A stretch of 64,000 bases of DNA from an uncultured Acidobacteriota bacterium (GCA_963713655.1 CAVQMT010000044.1:6686-70685), one strand, 5' to 3'; numbered from the stretch's first letter, positions 1-10,744 are shown. The notes: a model not told the origin generated them from the letters alone. Numbers and translations: made by a program.

Positions 1-210
1 GAGCCGCTGACCAAGGGGCTGCCGCAGAAGGACTGCTACGTGAACGTGCTGCGCGACGCGATGGCCGTGGACACGCTGGACAAGTGCGGCATCTACTTCG
101 GCACCACCGGCGGCCAGGTCTACGCGTCGTCGGATGCGGGCGACAGCTGGGCGCCCATCGTCAGCACGCTGCCCGCGGTGCTGTCGGTCGAGGTCCAGAC
201 GCTGACGTGA
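1..210 (+). CDS. C-terminal fragment of a BNR/Asp-box beta-propeller-like protein (5' end outside window)
   Basis: Frame 1 is open from the window edge to TGA 208-210. The tail reads [25 protein letters not shown], which contains an S-x-D-x-G-x-W Asp-box motif. Confidence 0.5.
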   Translation, partial: EPLTKGLPQKDCYVNVLRDAMAVDTLDKCGIYFGTTGGQVYASSDAGDSWAPIVSTLPAVLSVEVQTLT

Positions 211-262
211 CGTTCACCAGGTCCGCGTCGAGCTGCCGTTTCACCTCCGCACGCTCGCACGC

Positions 263-514
263 GTGCCAGGGGAGATCACCGTGGACGTGGACGGCACCGT
301 GACCGTCGGCGCGGTGCTCGACGCCGTGGAGCGCCGCTACCCGGTGCTCCTCGGCACCATCCGCGACCACGACACGCTGAAACGCCGGGCGTTCCTGCGC
401 TTCTTTGCCTGTCAGGAAGACCTGTCGCTCGAGCCCGCCGACTTCGTGCTGCCCGATCGGGTTGCCAGCGGCGCCGAGCCGTTCCTGGTCGTCGGCGCCC
501 TGGCAGGAGGCTGA
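263..514 (+). CDS. MoaD/ThiS-family ubiquitin-like beta-grasp protein ending in Gly-Gly
   Basis: Intact 83-aa ORF from GTG 263 to TGA 512-514. The small size, the ITVDVDG...FLVVGALAGG pattern and the C-terminal GG are typical of sulfur-carrier-like proteins. Confidence 0.7.
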   Translation: MPGEITVDVDGTVTVGAVLDAVERRYPVLLGTIRDHDTLKRRAFLRFFACQEDLSLEPADFVLPDRVASGAEPFLVVGALAGG

Positions 515-534
515 TCGGAGGAGTATTCTTCAGG

Positions 535-561
535 CCGGAAGCCGAAGCCGGAAGCCAGAGG
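535..561. repeat. Imperfect tandem CCGGAAG-type 6-7-mers directly upstream of the hydrolase RBS
   Basis: Reads CCGGAAG CCGAAG CCGGAAG CCAGAGG, followed by the GAGGAGG RBS region and ATG 572. Confidence 0.7.
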
Positions 562-571
562 AGGAACCCCC

Positions 572-2866
572 ATGACCACGCCCCCTCGTCAGGACGATGT
601 GCTCGATCTCTATCGCCGCTACGCCCGCGGCGGCGTCTCGCGACGCGAGTTCATGAAGCACGCCACGGCGCTCGGCATTGCCGGCTCCGCCGCGTCGGCG
701 CTCGGCGCGCTGGCCGGCAACGAGGCGGCCGCGGCGGGGTTGGCCGCGCAGGCGGCCGGCGGGCCCGGCACGCAGAAGCTGGCGCTCGACCTGTCCGAGT
801 GGAGCTACATGTGGGTGAACGTGAAGCGGGCCGACACGGCGATGGGCAGCTTCGTCGGCGGCCAGCAGATGTACGTCGAGTACATGGTGCCGACGCGCGT
901 GCGCAAGCCGTTTCCGATCGTGCTCGTGCACGGCGGCGGGGGACAGGGCCTGGACTGGATGGGCACGCCCGATGGCCGCCCGGGCTGGTTTCAGTACCTG
1001 GCGGCTGAGGGCTACCGGGTCTACGTCGTCGATCGGCCGGGGCACGGACGCTCGCCGCTCCATCCCTATGTGCACGGCGGCTTCCCGGCGCGCGCGAACA
1101 CGATGGAGGGGCTGCAGGGCAACTTCATCCCGCCGGCGCCGAGCAACACCGACAAGTTCCGCCGCAACCACACGCAGTGGCCCGGCCCCGGCAAGGTGGG
1201 CAATCCCGAAGTCAACGCGCTTCATCGCCTCACAAGGCGGCAGCTACGTTCAGCAGCAACAGCCGGGCGGGGCGCCGGGCCGTCAGGGTGGACCGGCCGC
1301 AGGGCGGCAGGGCGGGCCGGGCGGCGCGGCCGGCGGGGCCTCCGGTGCCGGCGAATCAGCAGCCCGCGGGTGCGCCCAATCTGGCGCACGCGACCTGGCG
1401 CGAGGCAGGCGCCGAGCTGCTCGACAAGATCGGCCCCGCGATCATCATGACCCACTCGGCCGGCGGCCCGTTCGGTCTGCTGGTCGCCGAAGCACGCCCG
1501 AACCTGGTGAAGGCCACGGTGATCATCGAGGGCGCCGGCACCGCGTTCGCCGGCGGCAACCGCTGGGGCCTGTCGACGATTCCGGTGACCTACGATCCGC
1601 CGGTCGCCGATCCGTCGGAGATCAAGGTCGTGCGGGTCGAGAACCCCGAGCCCGATGTGGACGGCTACTTCCTGCAGGCCGAGCCCGCGCGCAAGCTGCC
1701 GAAGCTGAAGAACACGGCCGTGCTGACGGTCACGGCGCCGGCCTCCAACGCCGCGCCCGGCAACCCCGGTCAGGTGGCGTTCCTGAAACAGGCCGGCGTG
1801 AAGGCCGAAGAGCTGCGCATCGAACGCGATGCGGGCCTGCGCGGCAACAGCCACATGATGATGGTGGAGAAGAACAACCGCGAGGTCCTGCAGCCCATCC
1901 TGAACTGGCTGGACAAGAACGTGACCGGCAGCGCCCCCGCCTACAAGAAGCGCGGCACCGACTCCACGGCGCTGCGCCTGGCGGACATGGGCTACTTCTG
2001 GATCGGCGCCGAGCCCAGGAAGATGGACTACGGCACCATCGTCTCGGGGCAGATCTACGTCCAGTACCTGATCCCCGAGCAGATCCGCCAGCCGCTGCCG
2101 ATCGTGCTCGTGCACGGCGGCGGCGGCCAGAGCACCGACTACATGGGCCTCGACGGCAACGCCAGCTGGGCGCACTACTACGTGCAGGCCGGCTACCAGG
2201 TGTACCTGGTCGATCGGCCCGGTCACGGCCGCGTGCCGAACCATCCCGATACCACCGGTCCGATTGGCGCGATGCCGACCTACGACTTCGTGTCCGGCCA
2301 ACTGCGGCGCGGGGCCACCGGCACGCCGCGGCGTTGGGCGGGCACGGGCCTGCCGGGCGACCCGCTGCTCGATCAGTGGATGGCGTCGTCGAACGCGGCG
2401 CCGACCAACAACGCCGCGATGATGGAGCTGTGGAAGAGCCGGGGCGGCATGCTGCTCGACAAGATCGGCCCGGCGATCATCCAGACGCATTCGGCCGGCG
2501 GCCCGTTCGGGTGGCTGACCGCCGACGCCAGGCCCAACCTGGTCAAGGCGATCGTGTGCTTCGAGGGCGCGCCGGCACCGCTCGTCGGGCAGGGCGGGGC
2601 GGTGCAGCCGCTGGCCAACCTCAAGAACATCCCCATCCTGTACTTCGAGGCCGAGAATTCCGGCTTCACGTTCGGCCGGCAGCTGCTGCCGGCGTTGAAG
2701 CAGTCGGGCGCGGCGGCGGAGTACTTGAGCTTGAAGGACCGCGGCATCACGCGGCAACAGCCACTTCGCGATGGTGGAGACCAACCGCAAGGAGATCTTC
2801 GAGGTGCTGCGCGGCTGGATCGAGAGCAAGTTGCCCGCGCGCGGAAACACGACCGCGCGGCTGTAG
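572..2866 (+). CDS. Tat-signal, internally duplicated (two-domain) alpha/beta hydrolase; apparent frameshifts
   Basis: It has a twin-arginine leader (SRREFMKHATALGIAGSAASA). Two homologous halves each carry VLVHGGGGQ, VDRPGHGR and THSAGGP (nucleophile-elbow-like) motifs. The reading frame hops near 1.22-1.38 kb and near 2745. The final segment RGNSHFAMVETNRKEIFEVLRGWIESKL ends at TAG 2864-2866. Confidence 0.7.
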
Positions 2867-2901
2867 GGGCTCCGGGCTCCAGGCTACAGGCTCCGGGCCC
2901 G
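2867..2901. repeat. Tandem heptamers GGGCTCC GGGCTCC AGGCTAC AGGCTCC GGGCCCG immediately after the hydrolase stop
   Basis: Direct reading shows five 7-nt units. AGGCTCC is the reverse complement of the GGAGCCT unit at 44981-45015. Confidence 0.85.
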
Positions 2902-2946
2902 GCAAAAGCAACGGCGGCGGCGGCCGCGGCGTCATAGTAGAGACGT

Positions 2947-4404
2947 ATGGACGCCGCGCTTCGTGCCCTGAATCGCTTTGGCCTCGGTGCCCGCGTGGGC
3001 GAGGGCCGCCGCCTCTCGGATCCGCGCGGCTGGCTGCGCGCACAACTGCGCGGCGATGCGCCACGCCTGACACCCCCGGCGGGCGCCGAGCCCGACACCA
3101 TCGGCGACGCCGTGCGGGGCTTGCGCCAGCTGGGGCAGGGCGACGAGGCCGCCCGCCGGCAGGCGCGCCGGCGTCTCCAGGAGATCGCCGCCGCGGAGCT
3201 GCGGCAGGCCCTCACGACCCGCGTCACCAGCGACCGCCCGTTCGTCGAGCGGCTGGTCGCGTTCTGGTCCAACCACCTGTGCGTGTCGATGGGCGCCAAG
3301 GTGCTGGTCGCGCCGCTGGCCGGCAGCTACGAGCGCGACGTCATCCGTCCCCACGTGCTGGGACGATTCGAGGACATGGTGCTGGCCTCGGCCAGACACC
3401 CGGCCATGCTGGCCTACCTCGACAACTTTCAATCGATCGGGCCGGCGTCGCCCGCCGCGACGTTGGGCCAGCGCGCTGGTCGTCCGCGTGCGGCTCAGCA
3501 GCCCGCTCCCGCGCGGCGCGGGCTGAACGAGAACTACGCCCGCGAGCTGCTGGAGCTGCACACGCTGGGCGTGGACGGCGGCTACACGCAGCAGGATGTC
3601 CAGGAGCTGGCCCGGATGCTGACCGGCTGGACCATCGACGGCATTGCCGGTCCGGGGGCGCGCGCCGCCGCCGCGACGCAGCGCGGGCGGGGCGGGCGGC
3701 GTGGGGGAGCCGCGCGCGCGCAGGCGGCGGCGCCGGACGGCCCGCTGCGGTTCGTCTTTCGCGAGGCGCTGCACGAGCCCGGCGCCAAGACGCTGCTCGG
3801 CACCCGGTACGGCGAGGACGGCGAGGACGAAGCGGTCCGCGCCATCAAGACCCTGTGCGCCCACCCGTCCACGGCGCGCTTCGTTGCCCGCAAGCTGGTG
3901 ACGCACTTCGTCAGCGACGAGCCGCCCGCGGCGGCCGTGGACCGGGTGGCGCAGACGTTCCGCTCGAGCGGCGGCAACCTGAAGGCCGTTGCCGACGTGC
4001 TGATCGACCTGCCCGAGGCGTGGCAGGACGACCGGCGCAAGTTCCGCGCCCCGCAGGACTGGCTGGTGGCGGTGCTGCGCGCGCTCGGCCCCGCCGAGGT
4101 CCGCGAGAACGTCGGCCCGCTGCTGCGGCAATTGCGCCAGCCGCTGTGGTCGCCCGCCGCGCCCAAGGGCTACGGCGACACGATGCAGGAATGGGCCGAC
4201 CCGGACTCGCTGCTCAACCGCGGCGAGCTGGCGCGCACCATCGCGCGGATGCCCGGCCTGCGGGACCTCGAACCCGGATCGTTGCTGGAGGTGGTGGACC
4301 TGCCGGCCAACGCACCCTTGCCGGCGATGCTGGCCGACGCGTCGATCGCGCGCGACGAGCGCGTGGCGCTGGCCCTGGCCGGCCCCGCGTTCCAATGGAG
4401 ATAG
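2947..4404 (+). CDS. DUF1800 domain protein
   Basis: Intact 485-aa ORF. NENYARELLELHTLGVDGGYTQQDVQELARMLTGWT is the characteristic DUF1800 core. The stop overlaps the next gene's start (ATGGAGATAG). Confidence 0.8.
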   Translation: MDAALRALNRFGLGARVGEGRRLSDPRGWLRAQLRGDAPRLTPPAGAEPDTIGDAVRGLRQLGQGDEAARRQARRRLQEIAAAELRQALTTRVTSDRPFVERLVAFWSNHLCVSMGAKVLVAPLAGSYERDVIRPHVLGRFEDMVLASARHPAMLAYLDNFQSIGPASPAATLGQRAGRPRAAQQPAPARRGLNENYARELLELHTLGVDGGYTQQDVQELARMLTGWTIDGIAGPGARAAAATQRGRGGRRGGAARAQAAAPDGPLRFVFREALHEPGAKTLLGTRYGEDGEDEAVRAIKTLCAHPSTARFVARKLVTHFVSDEPPAAAVDRVAQTFRSSGGNLKAVADVLIDLPEAWQDDRRKFRAPQDWLVAVLRALGPAEVRENVGPLLRQLRQPLWSPAAPKGYGDTMQEWADPDSLLNRGELARTIARMPGLRDLEPGSLLEVVDLPANAPLPAMLADASIARDERVALALAGPAFQWR

Positions 4405-5584
4405 CCGTGCGAACACCCATGCACCGCCGCGCCTTCGTCCAGCTCGATGTGCTACGGAGGGCTGGCAACCTTCGCGCTGCCGTCGGTGGCCTTCGCCCAG
4501 GTCAGCCGGCCGGGCCGCTTCGTGTTCGTGCTGTTGCGCGGCGGCTTCGACGGGCTGGCGGCAATCGTGCCGGTTGGCGATCCAGCCTATCGGAGCGTCC
4601 GCGACGCGTTCGCCTACGACGCCTCCGCGCTGGCGATGCTCGACGACACCTTCGGTCTCGCGCCCGGGCCTGGCGCCGCTGCGCCCGTTCTGGGAGCAGG
4701 GCCAGCTGGCGGTGGCGCACGCGATGGCGATCCCGCACCGCACCCGCAGCCACTTCGACGGCCAGGCGGTGCTCGAGTCGGGACTCGACAAGCCGCTGGG
4801 ATCGTCGGACGGCTGGCTCAACCGGCTGCTGCAGGTGATGGCGGGCAAGCGTACCGGCATCGCCATCGCCGCCGGCATGCCGCTGTCGCTGACCGGCGCC
4901 TACGACGTGCAAAGCTGGTCGCCGACGCAGCTCGGCGTCGTGGACGACGCGTTTCGCGAGCGGCTGGCGGCGTTGTATCGCGCCGACGCCGTCCTGCACA
5001 ACCGCTTCGAGGCCGCGATCGCGCAGCAGGAGATGGTGGGCGAGGAGCCGATGGCGCGCGGACGGGCGCGCCGCGACGGTGCCGTGGCGCTGATGACGGC
5101 GGCGGCCCGCATTCTCAGGCCCGAGGGCGGGCCCAACGTCGCGGCGATGGAGCTGAGCGGATGGGATACGCACGCCAACCAGGGGCTGGCCGGCGGCGCG
5201 CTCGATCGGCTGCTGGGCCAGCTGGCGGAAGGCCTGGTGGCGTTCCGCACTGAAATGGGCACGGCCTGGGATTCGACCACGATGGTCGTGATGACGGAGT
5301 TCGGCCGGACGGCGCGCCCGAACGGCACGCGCGGCACCGACCACGGCACCGCAGGTGCGGGCTTCGTGCTCGGCCCGCGCCTGGCGCGTTCAACGATTGT
5401 CGCCGACTGGCCGGGGCTGGCCGCCAGTGCCCTCTACGAGGGCCGCGATCTCAAGCCGACGCTCGACACGCGTGCGCTGCTCAAGAGCGCGGTGGCCGGC
5501 GCCTTCGACCTCACCGCGGCCCAGCTGGATCGCGTCTTTCCGAACTCCGCGGCCGCGCGCCCACTGCCGGGCTTGATGGCCTGA
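4395..5584 (+). CDS. DUF1501 domain protein with Tat-like N-terminus; about 2 apparent frameshifts
   Basis: MHRRAFVQL is followed by GRFVFVLLRGGFDGL, AMAIPHRTRSHFDGQ and MTEFGRTARPNGTRGTDHGTAG. Frame hops occur near 4445 and 4680. This is the usual genomic partner of DUF1800. Confidence 0.75.
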
Positions 5585-5641
5585 GACGGCCCACGCCCTC
5601 GGGCGGACGAACCTGGTCTGTCGATTGCACTCCTCCATCTC

Positions 5642-6798
5642 GTGCGTGGAGGAGTGGCCGCAGTCGTCGGCGTGACCTTGATCGCGACGGGCGTCTGGCT
5701 CGCCGTGGGAACCAACCACCGCTCCGACACGACCGTTACCGCGCCGACGCCCGCGGAAATCGCACGCGCCCAGCCGCGTTCGGCAGAGGAGCGCGTCGTC
5801 TCCGAGCCGGTGCGGCACGATGCGCTGACCCGCGCCCGGGTCTGGCCCGAGCCAAGCCCCCCGGTGGCGGACGACCAGTTTCGCGCCGCGACCATCGACG
5901 AGATTGCCTGCCGCTTCGTCGTCACGCGCCTCGGCGGCACGACGCCGAAGTTCGATTGCGCGCTGGCCAGCGGCGAGACGATTCGTGTCAAGTACGGCAG
6001 CGGGTCCGAGATTCCGTCCGAGGCGGCCGCCACGCGGCTGGTACGCGCGCTGGGGTTTGCCGCCGACACCATCACGCTGGTGAAGCGCCTGCGCTGTCAC
6101 GGCTGTCCGATCGAGCCGTTCACGACCTTGAAAACCGCGGCTGCCGTCCACGCGGGCGAGTTGTATTCCAAGGCGATCGACTACGCCGAGCATCGACGAC
6201 TTCGAGTGGGTGGCCGTCGAGCGCAAGTACGACGGCGAGCCGATCGAAACCGCGACCCAGCAGGGCTGGTCCTTCCACGAGCTCGATCAGGTCAGTGCGT
6301 CGAAGGGCGGCGCCGCCGCGGGCGCACGTGGACGCCCTGCGCCTGATGGCCGCCTTCCTGGCGCACTGGGACAACAAGGCCGACAACCAGCGGCTGGTCT
6401 GCGTCAGCCGCGAGTGGCCCGCGGGCGCGCCCTGCCCGGAGCCGATGCTGGTGCTGCAGGATCTCGGCGCGGCCTTCGGGCCGCGCAAGGTCGATCTCGA
6501 CGGCTGGAGCCGAACCGGCATCTGGGGCGACCGCACGACCTGCCGCCTGAGCATGCGCGGGCTGCCGTACAGACGGGGCCACGTTCTCGGACGTCCGGAT
6601 CGGCGAGCCGGGCCGCCAGCTCCTCGCGAGCCGGCTGCGGCAGGTGTCCGAGGCGCAGGCGGCGGATCTGTTCGCGGGCGCGCGCTTCGATCAGAAGCGC
6701 GGCCTGTTCAGCGACGTCCGCCCGGTGGACGACTGGGTGCGCGCCTTCAAGACGCGGGTCGCGATGATCAGCGACGGCCCGCCGTGCCCAGCGCTGTG
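5642..6798 (+). CDS. Membrane-anchored hypothetical protein with a divergent kinase-like catalytic loop; about 3 apparent frameshifts
   Basis: N-terminal TM segment (VAAVVGVTLIATGVWLAV). HWDNKADN lies at 6364-6387 and DLG at 6459-6467. Frame hops occur near 6200, 6300 and 6580. The C-terminal segment DLFAGARFDQKRGLFSDVRPVDDWVRAFKTRVAMISDG ends at TGA 6796-6798. Confidence 0.45.
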
Positions 6799-7772
6799 AT
6801 GCGGGCGCGCGGGCGGCCGCCGGCCCGCGCGCGAGAGCGTGCCCGCGTCGATGGTCCGCCCGCTCCGCGAGATCGCCTGGAAGTGCAGGTCGTCGCCTTC
6901 GATCTCCACCAGCATGAAGTGATAGTCGCCCGAGTAGGTACGCGCGATGTAGGACGTCGGCACGCCGTCGCCGGGCCGCAGCGAGCCCGCGCCGCCGCTG
7001 ACGAAATACTGGATGCCGCTCTGCAGCGTGGACCGCTGGTAGATGTGCTCGTGCCCCGAGAACACCACGCCGACGTTGTGGCGTCACGAACAGCGCCTCG
7101 AGGCTGGCGCGCTGGACCAGCGCCGCCAGGCGGTAGCGGCCGGAGGTGTAGATCGGGTGGTGCAGGAAACAGATCTTCCACTCCGCCGCCGACGCCTTGA
7201 GCCGCTGGTCCAGCCACGTCAACTGCTCGCGGTCCAGGTAGGTCGAGTCCAAGGCGAAGAACTCCACCGGCGTCGTCACCAGCGCCAGGGTGTTCCCCGG
7301 CGGCGCGAACGAGTAGTAGCGGCGGCCCTTCATGTTGAACTGCTCGTAGTACACCTGGCGGGGATCGTCGTGGTTGCCGAGCGCGGCATAGAACTGGACG
7401 CCGCGATCGAGCAGCGCCTGGTAGGGCTGCTCGAACTTCACGCGGTAGTCCTCCGGCGTCGCGACGCCTTCGTAGAGGTTGTCGCCGAGCATGATCGTGA
7501 ACGGGAACTCGAACTGCTGGTGGTAGCGCGCCATCTGATCCGCGACCTCGCGCTGCGGCTTGGTGCCGCGGCCGCTGTCGCCGATGACCGCGAACTTCAC
7601 CGACGTCGGCGAGTTGGGCAGCATCAGCGTGCCGGCGGCGATGCCCTCGAGCGCCGCCTGGCGGACGGTCGCGGCCGGGCTCGGCGGCGGATCTCGTGGC
7701 CGCAGCCGCTCGTCAGCACGCCAGCCAGAGCGGCAGCCAGCACCAGCTGGGCCGTGCGCGTGGGCCGGGCCA
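6768..7772 (-). CDS. Lipoprotein metallophosphoesterase (calcineurin/purple-acid-phosphatase-like); apparent frameshifts
   Basis: MARPTRTAQLVLAAALAGVLTSGC is a lipobox signal. The metallophosphoesterase motifs GDSG, GDNLY, GNHD, HHP and GHEH are all present. Frame hops occur near 7690 and 7070. The 3' end is uncertain (6691 or 6768). Confidence 0.7.
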
Positions 7773-7827
7773 TGTCTGTGCCCGGTGCAGAAAGCGGGCC
7801 AGCGGCGGCGTCTACAATCAGCACGTT

Positions 7828-9139
7828 GTGGCAAGCGCGCCCGAGCACGAGATCCTGACCGTCGGCCGCCGCGAGGTCGCCGTATCGAACCCGCGAAAGG
7901 TCCTGTTCCCGCAGGCGGGCCACACCAAGCTGGATCTGGCCCTCTACTACATCGCCGTGGCGGAGGGCGCGCTGCGCGGCGCGGGCGGCCGGCCGAACAT
8001 GCTGCTCCGGTTCCCGAACGGGATCGCCGAGGAGTCGTTCTACCAGAAGCGGGCACCCGACTCGCGGCCGCCGTGGATCGAAGTGGTCGAGCTGTCGTTT
8101 CCGTCCGGCCGCACGGCGAAGGAAGTGGTGCCGCGCGACGCCGCCGCGCTGGTGTGGATGGCCAACCTGGCGTGCCTCGAGCTGCATCCGCATCCGGTGC
8201 GCGCCGAAGACCTCGATCATCCCGACGAGATACGGATCGACCTCGATCCCGTGCCGGGCATCGAGTGGCCTCAGGTCCGCGAGGTGGCCGGTGTCGTGCG
8301 TGCGACCCTCGCCGATTTCGGCCTGGTGGGGTGGCCCAAGACCTCGGGCTCACGCGGCATGCACATCTACGTGCGCATCCAGCCGCGATGGGGCTTCACC
8401 GAGGTACGGCGGGCGGCCCTCGCGCTTGGCGCGCGAGGTGGAGCGGCGCGCGCCCACGCTGGCGACCAGCAAGTGGTGGAAGGAGGAGCGCCACGGCGTG
8501 TTCCTCGACTACAACCAGAACGCCAAGGACCGGACGATCGCCGCCGCCTATTCGGTGCGTCCCAAGCCCGATGCGCGCGTCTCGGCGCCGCTCGCCTGGG
8601 ACGAGGTCGGCGCCTGCGAGCCAGGCGACTTCACGCTGCGGACGATGCCGGCGCGGTTCGCCGAGGTGGGTGACCGCCATCGCGAGATCGATGCGTCGGC
8701 GGGCAGCTTGGAGGCGCTGCTCGAGCTGTCGGCGCGGCAGGAGAAGGAGGGTCTCGGCGACGCGCCGTGGCCGCCGCACTACCGCAAGCAGCCGGGCGAG
8801 GCGCCCCGGGTGGCGCCGTCCAAGCGGCGCGTGCCCAAGCACCCGCTGATCGAGATCGGACGGGCCCGAAACAAGGCCGACGCGCTCGCGGGCCTCGAGC
8901 GCTGGAAGGCGCGGCATCCGGAGGCCAGCGCGCATCTCGAGCCAGCAGACGTGCTGGTCGATGCGATGCGAGGGCGGTTCACCACCTGGACGCGCATCCG
9001 CGTCAACCTGCAGCACGTGCCGGCGGCGCTGCGGCCGGCGCAGGAAGCGCTCGACCCGGACGACGATCTGAACGACTGGCCCGCGCCGCCTGGCCGGCGT
9101 TACGCCCCGCTCGCGCCGAAGATCTTCTGCAGCTCGTAA
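7828..9139 (+). CDS. Stand-alone NHEJ polymerase/primase domain protein (LigD Pol-domain type) with a long C-terminal extension
   Basis: Contains VSNPRKVLFP, LELHPHP, WPKTSGSRGMHIYV, VFLDYNQNAKDRTIAAAYSVRP and LAWDEV. One frame hop occurs near 8425. About 130 aa follow the Pol core. Confidence 0.8.
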
Positions 9140-10186
9140 GGCGTCGTGACCTCCAGCTGGTCGTAGCGGCAGTCCTTCGGCTGGCGGTCGGGGCGCCACC
9201 GCTCGAACACGGCCGCGTGCCGGAACCGGTCGCCCTGCATGTGGTCGTATTTGACCTCGCACACGCGCTCGATCCTGAGGGGCTCCCACGACAGGTCCTT
9301 GCCGGCGCTCCACCGGCTCTGGCCTCCGGGCATGCGCGTCGAGCCGTCGCTGGCGGCCCACGCCCGCCACGGGTGGCCGTCCAGCGCTCCCGTCCGCAGC
9401 GGCTCGAGCTCCGTGGCCAGCTGCCGCCGCGCCGCCATCGTGAACGACGAGGTGACCCCGACGTGGTGCAGGTGGCCGGCATCGTCGTAGAGGCCGAGCA
9501 GCAGCGAGCCGACCAGCTCGCCGGGGCCGTTCTTGTGCCAGCGGAACCCGGCGACCACGCAGTCGGCGGTGCGCGCGTGCTTGATCTTGAGCATCGCCCG
9601 CTTGCCCGGCTGGTACTCCCCATCGGCCGGCTTGGCGATGACGCCGTCCAGGCCGGCGCCCTCGAACTGGGCCAGCCACTCGATCGCCAGCGCCCGATCG
9701 CGCGTCAGCGGTGTCAGGTGCACTGGCGGCCTGACTCCGCGCATCAGCCGCTCGAGGGCCGCCCGCCGCTCGCCTTGGCGATGCGCGCGCACGTCCCGGC
9801 CGTCGGCCGCCAGCAAGTCGAAGGCGACGAACGACGACGGCGTCTCGCGCGCCAGCTTCGCCACCCGCGACGCCGCCGGGTGGAGGCGCAGCTGCAGCGC
9901 GTCGAAGTCGAGCCCCTCGGGTGTGGCGATCACGATCTCGCCATCGACCACGCAGCCGTCGGGCAGCTGCGTGACGCAGCAGCTCGCTGAGCTCGGGGAA
10001 ATAGCGGTCCAGCGGGCGCAGGTCGCGGCTCTGGATGAAGATCTCGGTGCCGCCGCCGCGGAAGACGATGGCGCGGAACCCGTCCCACTTGGGCTCGAAC
10101 AGGAAGTCGCCCTCGGGGACCTCCTCGGTGAGCTTGGCGAGCATCGGCTCGACCGGGGGCTCGATGGGAAAGGCGCTCTTGGCCAT
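9100..10186 (-). CDS. ATP-dependent DNA ligase (LigD ligase-domain type)
   Basis: MAKSAFPIEPPVEPMLAKL...EPKWDGFRA contains the KxDGxR adenylation motif. LDGVIAKP, MLKIKHARTADCVV and RFRHAAVFERWRPDR are also present. One frame hop occurs near 9975. The gene is convergent with the Pol gene and overlaps it by about 40 nt. Confidence 0.8.
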
Positions 10187-10249
10187 GCGTCCGTACGCCG
10201 CGCGGACACTGATTATCGTCCGTCGCGGCGTCGCAGGCCCAGCCTGGCG

Positions 10250-10597
10250 CTACTTGCCGGCGTGCTCCTTGGCCAGCTCTTGATGAATCGTCGCCAGGTT
10301 TCGCAGCGCCTCGGCTGCCTCGCGGGAGTGCCCGGCGTAGTGCCGCGCTTCCTTCGCCAGGGCCGCCTCGGCCTTGTCGTACTGCTTCGCCAGCTCGTCG
10401 TGCACCTTGGCGTCGGCCTCGTGCTCCGCCGCGTGGGCGGTGTAGTGGGCGGCGAGTCGCCGATGCTCGTCGGCGTTGCTGTGCGACTGTGCGACTTTCC
10501 GGAAATCCGCCTCGGACAGCTTCCCGGACTGCGCCAGCAACGGCGTGCAGAGGACCAACGCTGCCAGGCAGACGAACGTGGGTCGAATAGTAATCAT
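10250..10597 (-). CDS. Small secreted His/Ala/Glu-rich helical protein, unknown function
   Basis: Intact 115-aa ORF with an AGGAGGG RBS. It has a signal peptide (FVCLAALVLCTPLLAQS) and many His residues (HSNADEH, AHYTAHAAEHE). Confidence 0.5.
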   Translation of the reverse strand: MITIRPTFVCLAALVLCTPLLAQSGKLSEADFRKVAQSHSNADEHRRLAAHYTAHAAEHEADAKVHDELAKQYDKAEAALAKEARHYAGHSREAAEALRNLATIHQELAKEHAGK

Positions 10598-10744
10598 GTG
10601 CCCTCCTGGCCGTCAGGCAGGGCACGAAGGGTGCCATTACCCGCCGCCGTCGCCGCGCAGCGCGAATTACCGAGCGATTCAGCGTCGGTCGCCGAATTCA
10701 GCCTATCGACCCACGATACAATCCAGGCCCCAGCAGGGGGAAAA

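Noticed and set aside
972-4838. Very long ORFs in the track that cross or lie antisense to recognisable genes: 972..4838 + (1288 aa), 1222..2850 -, 2932..4878 -, 6404..8353 -, 31743..34112 - (789 aa), 48913..50769 - and 60605..62242 -.
   Set aside because: Their translations are monotonous Arg/Ala/Pro/Gly strings with no motifs, and they overlap frames that encode clearly recognisable proteins. Stop codons are rare in about 70% GC DNA, so long spurious ORFs are expected. Only short stretches of some of them (for example parts of 6404..8353) belong to real genes because of frame hops.
5628-5656. A 10-bp perfect hairpin (CACTCCTCCA-N9-TGGAGGAGTG) after the DUF1501 gene as a rho-independent terminator.
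   Set aside because: No U-tract follows, and the 3' arm overlaps the predicted GTG 5642 start region of the next gene. It may equally be an RBS-sequestering structure or chance, so it is not listed as a feature.
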